A DNA stretch of 34,013 nt from a virus, in IMG/VR virus record IMGVR_UViG_3300027509_000029; one strand, given 5' to 3'. Shown piece after piece: positions 27,161 to 32,136 of the stretch. The position numbers and the translations under genes are program-made. How positions within the stretch are numbered: the stretch's first letter is position 1; every line of letters starts with the position of its first letter. Below the pieces are notes generated by a model. That model was not told the origin of the DNA and did not search any database. It saw only the letters and a program-made list of their open reading frames with translations.

Positions 27161-27187
27161 ATGGTTGGATGATGGTTTGGATTGTAG

Positions 27188-28342
27188 CTAGAATAGATCA
27201 GTAAATACCGACTCTGCTTTTTTACCGATCACGATATTTCGATCATATGGTTTAGAGTATCTGCGACTCGACTTTGGGTCGTTATGGCCCATCATGGTCT
27301 GTATTTCCTCTTGTGTGAATCCCGCACGGTGCAGACGATTGGCGAACGTATGTCTGAGATGATGCGGCACGGCTGGTTCTGCATGGTTCTGCGGGTTTAA
27401 TGCAGTGTCTAATTTTTCATCGGAATTTACATCAGTCTTACTGCATGCGCTGCGCCACCAGTACAAGCAGTGGTGGAGGTGGTTGTCATTTTTTTGATTT
27501 TGAAATACCCATTTTGAGTGTGCATTGGGTGCTGCCTTGCGGCGTTTGAGGATAGCCGCCACTTCGGGGAACATGTGTATTTCGATTGCTCTCTTTGTCT
27601 TGTAGTGCTTGAGCGTGATGATGTCTTCTGCCTCGTCGATATTAGCCCACGTCATTTTGCAGATATCCATATATCTTGCGCCTGTGTAATTCAGCATGTC
27701 AAAAAGATCGACATGGAGTGTCGTTGTAATAGCTGCTCGGATATCTCTGATTTCGCCATCGGTTAGAACACGCTGCCGTCCAGGGCCGATTTTTATTGTC
27801 GGGAAACCCGTCATCTTAGAGTGTGGTGAATTTTTGCCATCGCCAGCAGCGTAATTCATGAGTCTCTTGATGATCTGAAATTCGTCGTGGATCGTGGAGG
27901 CTTTATATCCCTCTCGTACTCGTTGTCTGTAGTGTGCTGTGAGCGTTGCGGCATTGATCTCACTCATATTAGTGATTTGCAGCGGCTGCACAGTGACAGC
28001 GGTGGGTTGGTTTGGGTTGCTTGGATCGTGTAGATAACGTGTAGCATTTGACGGTGAGAGAGTGCCTTGAATTCGATCACACACGCCGCTCATCTGTTGG
28101 TGATAGATGGCGCTTAGTACAGGTGGCGTGTGATCTTCAAGATACGCTGTGATCGTGTCTTTGAGAGTGATTTCCGATGCTGTGGGATTGTGACGCTCAT
28201 CCCTCAGTTTTGTTCTGAGCTGCCGCTCTATAGCCTCGGCTTCCGCTTTGATTCGAGTGCCTGAGCTACGCTCGTATGGGACACCATTTTCGGTAAATTT
28301 GATGTACCAATTCTTTGAGTTGGCTTTTTTGATGACGCTCAT
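27188..28342 (-). CDS. int: Tyrosine recombinase (phage integrase)
   Basis: 384-aa ORF. Box I: TGARYMDICKMTW. Box II: HHLRHTFANRL...MGHNDPKSSRRYSK (R..HxxR..Y). GGGAGG sits 6 nt upstream of the ATG. Confidence 0.9.
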   Translation of the reverse strand: MSVIKKANSKNWYIKFTENGVPYERSSGTRIKAEAEAIERQLRTKLRDERHNPTASEITLKDTITAYLEDHTPPVLSAIYHQQMSGVCDRIQGTLSPSNATRYLHDPSNPNQPTAVTVQPLQITNMSEINAATLTAHYRQRVREGYKASTIHDEFQIIKRLMNYAAGDGKNSPHSKMTGFPTIKIGPGRQRVLTDGEIRDIRAAITTTLHVDLFDMLNYTGARYMDICKMTWANIDEAEDIITLKHYKTKRAIEIHMFPEVAAILKRRKAAPNAHSKWVFQNQKNDNHLHHCLYWWRSACSKTDVNSDEKLDTALNPQNHAEPAVPHHLRHTFANRLHRAGFTQEEIQTMMGHNDPKSSRRYSKPYDRNIVIGKKAESVFTDLF

Positions 28343-28412
28343 GATGCACCTCCCGCTGCTGCCAGGTGGACAGCGGCGAGATGTGGCGTAACTGTAATAT
28401 TATTTGGCGGGA

Positions 28413-28813
28413 GTGTAGATAGATTTGTGGTAGCGGATGCAATGGTATAGATAGTGCACAGCGCGCTGTGGGTGGCGTTATTGTGCCTGTGCTGTGGCTG
28501 CTGTGGCTGTTGGTCTGTTGGGAGGTGTAGAGAAAATCGTAGATAGGTCGGGGTGGTGGAAATTGTAGATAGTGCTGAGGACCGCGCTACATATGGCTTT
28601 CGATGAGTTGGTGTAGGTGATTTTGACATGTTATTAAACGTTCTCTAAGTTTAGGAAAGATTCTATTGTGGCAGATTGTGCAGAGGAGTGCAGAAAGGGT
28701 GATGTTATTTGGGTCTGTGATCACATTTTAGGGCTGTGGTCCTTGTCACATATATTTGGGTTGGTAGGGGAGTGTAGAGAGTTTTTGGGATAGGTACGGG
28801 AGAGTGTAGATAG
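28413..28813 (+). promoter_or_regulatory. Field of direct (G)TGTAGA(T/G)AG repeats: candidate integrase arm-type sites / attP region
   Basis: GTGTAGATAG at 28413 and 28804. GTATAGATAG at 28445. GTGTAGAGA at 28525 and 28772. GTAGATAG at 28539. TTGTAGATAG at 28563. All are in one orientation, with a repeat-free gap at 28573-28771. Confidence 0.5.
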
Positions 28814-28972
28814 TTTGAGGGTGTTTTTGGGTGTTTTTGGGTGTGTGGCTGGGGTGTGCTGTGGTGTGCTGTGGTGGTTTTGGCAGCCGCCGCCCAGGCG
28901 CTGCGGGATGCTGCGGGAGGGTGCGCTGAGAGCGCCTGAGCGGCGCTAGCGGGGATGATGGTTAGAGGGTGG

Positions 28973-29185
28973 TTAGATGGTGGTTAGATCGTCAATGTTG
29001 GATTGTAGAGTTTGCTTTCGCTCATGTATCAACTCGTGCAAGATGCCGCGTGTGCGACATGCTGCGGGATATGATGGATCGGTGGTGGGTACGCCTTGCC
29101 ACTGCTTGTTTAATCGCTCCAGCTCTGCGACGAGTCGTTGCAGTGGCACCCTTTCGTAGAGATTGCGTGTAGTGTCGTAGTCCAT
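28973..29185 (-). CDS. Hypothetical small protein
   Basis: The track ORF (to 29242) begins with TTG. The ATG at 29185 has AAGGA 7 nt upstream and gives a 70-aa product (MDYDTTRNLYERV...). Confidence 0.5.
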   Translation of the reverse strand: MDYDTTRNLYERVPLQRLVAELERLNKQWQGVPTTDPSYPAACRTRGILHELIHERKQTLQSNIDDLTTI

Positions 29186-29266
29186 GTGAGTGTCCTTGTG
29201 TGTGGGTGTGGGTGCCATTTCCCCCGCTGCCGTCCAGGCCAAGCGGGGGTGATGGTTTGGTGGTGA

Positions 29267-29752
29267 TTAGAGGGTAGCTAGATCGTTAGTCGCGATGATC
29301 TGTTCGATGATCACTACAGCTATTTTTTTAATCTGAACGAGCATGATCTGATCAGCGAATAATGTTGACTCTAAAAATTTGCTAGTCGCAACGTCACTGG
29401 CGATGTACGGCATCGCTGTTCTATCGTCATCTATCAACATCGGATAGTTGAGTTCGAATTCGCTATGATGATCGAATTCAATTTCGATTTCTTGGTTATT
29501 CGGGTCGATTGATGATGTCACTTTGACCATGAAATCAATTTCGATTTCGTTCTCGCCGAACGGATCTGCGGTGGCAGTCAGTTCGATGTAATGTATCTGA
29601 TCGCCAGGCGGCTCATCTTTTGGATAGCGATGGATTCTGCCATTGTCGGATCGGTCTATAGTGAATTGCGATGCATGCAATTCATCAGACATAAATGATG
29701 ATAAGAGCACACGTGTGTTCGCGATGTTTACACGTATAAAAGTAGTAGACAT
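29267..29752 (-). CDS. Hypothetical acidic protein
   Basis: The track ORF begins at TTG 29788. The first ATG at 29752 gives 161 aa (MSTTFIRVNIANT...). No motif recognised. Confidence 0.6.
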   Translation of the reverse strand: MSTTFIRVNIANTRVLLSSFMSDELHASQFTIDRSDNGRIHRYPKDEPPGDQIHYIELTATADPFGENEIEIDFMVKVTSSIDPNNQEIEIEFDHHSEFELNYPMLIDDDRTAMPYIASDVATSKFLESTLFADQIMLVQIKKIAVVIIEQIIATNDLATL

Positions 29753-29918
29753 ATTGATATTTTTAATTTGCAGTGCCGAATCTGGCAACGGCCAAACTAT
29801 AATCAGGATGCCATTTTGATTATGAGGTATAGTTCAGGTTTTCTGCAAAAAACGGCAAAATAATGCATAATTTCAGGGTACTGAAAATGTTTGATGGTGT
29901 CTGTGATTCAATGCGGGT

Positions 29919-30215
29919 TTATTGTGATTTGTGGTGGTCCTGAGAGTCTGGTGGGGCTGGTGGTGTTGTTTTTGCTTGCTGTGGTAGCGAGGTGAGATGG
30001 TAATGCTCGCAGTGGACGCACAGGTACGGGTTCTGATATGCACGGTTAATGGCTTCTGCAAAGCGTGTGGCCGCTTTAGCACTCACGAACAGTCTCTTAC
30101 CGCTTCGTGGGCAGGTCTGATCTGCTGGCGGTTTTCTGAACTGTTTAGGCAATGATTTAAAAATCCTGTCTTTTTTGCTGTATTTCGAGCGTTTGGGCAT
30201 CGGTATAATCTCCAT
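29919..30215 (-). CDS. Small basic Cys/His (zinc-ribbon-like) protein, possible DNA-binding regulator
   Basis: 98-aa ORF. The second ATG (30200) has GGAGA 10 nt upstream. Basic N-terminus (PKRSKYSKKDRIFKSLPKQFRK), CP...YLCVHCEHYHLTS motif, Pro/Gln-rich tail. It is the first leftward gene next to the regulatory block. Confidence 0.6.
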   Translation of the reverse strand: MEIIPMPKRSKYSKKDRIFKSLPKQFRKPPADQTCPRSGKRLFVSAKAATRFAEAINRAYQNPYLCVHCEHYHLTSLPQQAKTTPPAPPDSQDHHKSQ

Positions 30216-30305
30216 GTATAGAGATTATTTAGGGACTGAGAGGAGGGGAGAGGAGAGGAGGATACCTGGCAGCAGAGCGTGGCAAAAGAGCGTGTTATTT
30301 TGATT

Positions 30306-30412
30306 ATGCTGAGAGCACGCTTGTATTATGGTGGGGGACTATGCTCAGATCATGGTTGTATTATGTTATTGACCATGGTTGTATTATGTTATTTTGATTA
30401 TGCTCAGAGCAT
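30306..30412. promoter_or_regulatory. Left cluster of 13-bp palindromic operator-like sites ATGCTC(W)GAGCAT
   Basis: ATGCTGAGAGCAC at 30306-30318 and ATGCTCAGATCAT at 30341-30353 are imperfect. ATGCTCAGAGCAT at 30400-30412 is perfect. Confidence 0.5.
30369..30395 (+). promoter_or_regulatory. Candidate rightward promoter: TTGACC-N15-(TGT)TATTTT
   Basis: -35-like TTGACC at 30369-30374. Extended -10-like TGTTATTTT ends at 30395. The perfect palindromic operator at 30400 would cover the predicted start. The 15-bp spacer is short. Confidence 0.35.
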
Positions 30413-30415
30413 GCT

Positions 30416-30442
30416 TTGACCATGCTTGTACTATGTTATTTT
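30416..30442 (+). promoter_or_regulatory. Candidate rightward promoter: TTGACC-N15-(TGT)TATTTT
   Basis: TTGACC at 30416-30421 and TGTTATTTT ending at 30442. Same architecture as 30369-30395. Confidence 0.35.
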
Positions 30443-30470
30443 GGGTTGTGCAGCGCTGCGGGGGCTGAAT

Positions 30471-30608
30471 ATGGCCAGGTGTCTCAGCGGCATTGTGCAA
30501 GATTTTTTCTGTGGGGTGGGTCTCGGTTGGGGGGTGTCCCACGTCTCACTATGCAATCTTGTAGTCCTTGTCACACTTTGGCAAAATGTAAACCACTTAT
30601 CAAAATAA
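30471..30608 (+). CDS. Possible 45-aa hydrophobic peptide (very tentative)
   Basis: ATG at 30471 with GGGGG 6 nt upstream, about 20 nt downstream of the candidate promoter at 30416-30442. Product: MARCLSGIVQDFFCGVGLGWGVSHVSLCNLVVLVTLWQNVNHLSK. It contains a copy of the GTCCTTGTCACA box that is non-coding elsewhere, which argues against a real gene. Confidence 0.2.
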   Translation: MARCLSGIVQDFFCGVGLGWGVSHVSLCNLVVLVTLWQNVNHLSK

Positions 30609-30683
30609 AATAGTAAAATAAAATAGTCATAACATGATCTAAATCACATCCCCATCAATTATCTAAAAGTGTGACGTAATCAT

Positions 30684-30710
30684 TTGACATTATTGAGATC
30701 ATGTTATTTT
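30684..30710 (+). promoter_or_regulatory. Candidate rightward promoter: TTGACA-N15-(TGT)TATTTT
   Basis: TTGACA at 30684-30689 and ATGTTATTTT at 30701-30710. Confidence 0.3.
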
Positions 30711-31139
30711 GGATAGGTTTCTGTTCTTGCTCTATGTTTAGAGAGAACGGGATTTTTCTATATAAATCAAGGGTTTAGCAGCGCTGCGAGGGTAGGTATC
30801 TATAAAACTATCTATAGTCTATCTCGAAAAGGTGCAGAATATTTCTGGCGAGTTTGTGAGGTGATCGAAATAATGTGGATGATCTGTAATGGTTAAGATA
30901 ATGTTATTTTTGATTGGTTGATCACAGTGTGTAGACTCTCTCTGATATTTGCGGTCCTTGTCACATAGTTGGGAGATAGTTGGTATGATTCTTGCTAGTA
31001 AAAATAAAATGGTCATAAAATGGTGGGGATGGTCGGATGATTGACTATGTGAGACAGTTCAGAGAATAATCTGAAAAATGCTGTATAATTATAGGCGGTG
31101 GGAGGGCTGGATTAAAAAAAATAACATAGCCAGTAATAG

Positions 31140-31159
31140 TACTGTATGGATTTACAGTA
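31140..31159. promoter_or_regulatory. LexA (SOS) box 1: TACTGTATGGATTTACAGTA
   Basis: 17/20 match to the E. coli-type consensus TACTGTATATATATACAGTA. Both CTGT and ACAG arms and the N8 spacing are intact. Confidence 0.75.
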
Positions 31160-31188
31160 CGACCTGATTTTGCCCATGACAAAATACA

Positions 31189-31204
31189 TGCAAGAATCGT
31201 GCCA
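31189..31204 (-). promoter_or_regulatory. Sigma-54 (RpoN) promoter, proximal copy: TGGCACGATTCTTGCA on the minus strand
   Basis: Exact match to TGGCACG-N4-TTGCW. GG and GC are separated by the canonical spacing. Confidence 0.7.
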
Positions 31205-31234
31205 AGATTGTAAAATTGCCCATGACAAAATACA

Positions 31235-31250
31235 TGCAAGAATCGTGCCA
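31235..31250 (-). promoter_or_regulatory. Sigma-54 (RpoN) promoter, middle copy
   Basis: Identical TGGCACGATTCTTGCA on the minus strand, 46 bp from the proximal copy. Confidence 0.7.
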
Positions 31251-31281
31251 AGATTGTAAAATTGCCCATGACAAAAATACA

Positions 31282-31297
31282 TGCAAGAATCGTGCCA
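31282..31297 (-). promoter_or_regulatory. Sigma-54 (RpoN) promoter, distal copy
   Basis: Identical TGGCACGATTCTTGCA on the minus strand, 47 bp from the middle copy. Confidence 0.7.
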
Positions 31298-31334
31298 ACA
31301 TTATAAAATTGCCCATGTTATTTTTACAAGAGAA

Positions 31335-31354
31335 TACTGTATGGATTTACAGTA
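31335..31354. promoter_or_regulatory. LexA (SOS) box 2: TACTGTATGGATTTACAGTA
   Basis: The same 20-mer as box 1. Confidence 0.75.
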
Positions 31355-31355
31355 G

Positions 31356-31384
31356 TTGATTGCTGTATGGATTTACAGTAGTAT
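31356..31384 (+). promoter_or_regulatory. Candidate LexA-repressed rightward sigma-70 promoter TTGATT-N17-TAGTAT
   Basis: -35-like element at 31356-31361 and -10-like at 31379-31384. LexA box 3 occupies the whole spacer and overlaps both hexamers. Confidence 0.4.
31361..31380. promoter_or_regulatory. LexA (SOS) box 3: TGCTGTATGGATTTACAGTA
   Basis: Same 16-bp core CTGTATGGATTTACAG. Its centre is 26 bp from box 2. Confidence 0.7.
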
Positions 31385-31707
31385 CCGAAATTGCCGATGA
31401 CAATTAGTCGTAGCACAGAACGATATAAGAGTGTTGGAAATAATGTTATTTTTGTGAGATTGTTGGCATTATAGGGGGTTTGTGACAAGGACCGCAGCGC
31501 TGTAAGGTATTATTTTATTTTGAGAAGTGGTCCGCAAATACGCGGGATTTGAATTGACAATATTGAAAAATTTTGTTTCAAGGCGTGAAATAATGTTTCC
31601 TCAGAGGAAAGTATGTCATTTAGGATGCAATTATGTCATTTAGGATGACATTTTAAAATAACACAGTCAAAGATAGTCAAAGATAGTCCCTGCCATTGCG
31701 CTGCTGC

Positions 31708-31753
31708 CATGCTCTGAGCATAGTCCCTGCCATGCTCTGAGCATAGTCCCTGC
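31708..31753. promoter_or_regulatory. Right cluster: 2 x 23-bp tandem repeat, each with the perfect palindrome ATGCTCTGAGCAT
   Basis: The unit CATGCTCTGAGCATAGTCCCTGC occurs at 31708-31730 and 31731-31753. The palindromes are at 31709-31721 and 31732-31744. Confidence 0.5.
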
Positions 31754-31780
31754 CAGGCGCGCTCTTGTGGTGATGGATGG

Positions 31781-31830
31781 CTCAGGATAGCTTAGGATAG
31801 CTTAGGATAGCTTAGGATAGCTTAGGATGG
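31781..31830. repeat. 5 x 10-bp tandem repeat CT(T/C)AGGAT(A/G)G (iteron-like)
   Basis: CTCAGGATAG, CTTAGGATAG x3, CTTAGGATGG. The 10-bp period places all copies on one helix face. Confidence 0.9.
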
Positions 31831-31940
31831 CTTTTGTTGAAATTTTCGGTGGTGGTGGGTTCAATCCACTGCACATGCACAACAGCTAAATCATCTTAAT
31901 AATGAGGAAATAGACCGTTTTCTGGCATATAACCCTACAG

Positions 31941-32040
31941 TACAAATATATATATATTAAAAAAATAAAATATCTCTACATATATACTATTAAATAACGT
32001 CTATTTTATCTATTTTATCTATTTTTTTTATATATTATAT
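31941..32040. other. AT-rich tract with (TA)n and 3 x CTATTTTAT: candidate DNA-unwinding element of an origin
   Basis: Almost pure A/T over about 100 bp. CTATTTTAT occurs at 32001, 32010 and 32019. The tract lies between the iteron-like repeats and the helicase gene terminator. Confidence 0.4.
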
Positions 32041-32082
32041 AGACGAAATAGAGCTATCTCAAATCAACATCTCAGATAACGA

Positions 32083-32103
32083 CAAAAAGCCCAAAAAAGG
32101 GCT
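32083..32103 (-). terminator. Rho-independent terminator after the helicase gene
   Basis: Minus strand reads AGCCC-TTTTTT-GGGCT followed by TTTTT, 34 nt after the stop codon. Confidence 0.65.
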
Positions 32104-32136
32104 CTTGTCTTACCATCAAATTTAACACAATATCCA

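Larger units (their letters stand above)
31169..31310. repeat. 46-bp tandem repeat, 3 full units plus a partial fourth
   Basis: The unit TTGCCCATGACAAAATACATGCAAGAATCGTGCCAAGATTGTAAAA starts at about 31170, 31216 and 31262, with a truncated fourth at 31309. The third unit has one extra A and CAACATTATAAAA at its end. Confidence 0.95.

Noticed and set aside
28339-28629. 96-codon minus-strand ORF upstream of int (Thr/Pro/Gln-rich)
   Set aside because: Low-complexity product of the C/A-rich complement of the arm-repeat field. It overlaps the int start. More plausibly non-coding attP DNA.
28819-28854. GGG-N7-GGG-N7-GGG-N9-GGGG potential G-quadruplex
   Set aside because: The loops are long and it follows trivially from the GGGTGTTTTT tandem repeat. 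There is no independent support.
30416-30613. 65- and 60-codon plus-strand ORFs in the regulatory block, taken at full length
   Set aside because: Their N-terminal parts are translations of the repeat and promoter-like boxes. Only the 45-codon version from ATG 30471 has an RBS, and even that is kept at very low confidence.
31045-31269. 74-codon minus-strand ORF, plus the 65-codon ORF at 30819-31016
   Set aside because: The first is a read-through of the 46-bp tandem repeats, each of which begins ATGGGCAA. Neither ORF has a Shine-Dalgarno sequence, and both have odd composition.
31169-31310. 46-bp repeats as a possible CRISPR array
   Set aside because: The units abut directly with no unique spacers. 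There is no leader or cas context.
31851-31880. tRNA-like fragment GGTGGGTTCAATCCACTGCACATGCAC (T-loop-like GGTTCAATCC)
   Set aside because: I could not build a T-stem (GTGGG versus CACTG does not pair), an acceptor stem or a CCA end. At most it is a remnant or an att-core-like piece. It cannot be tested without host sequence.
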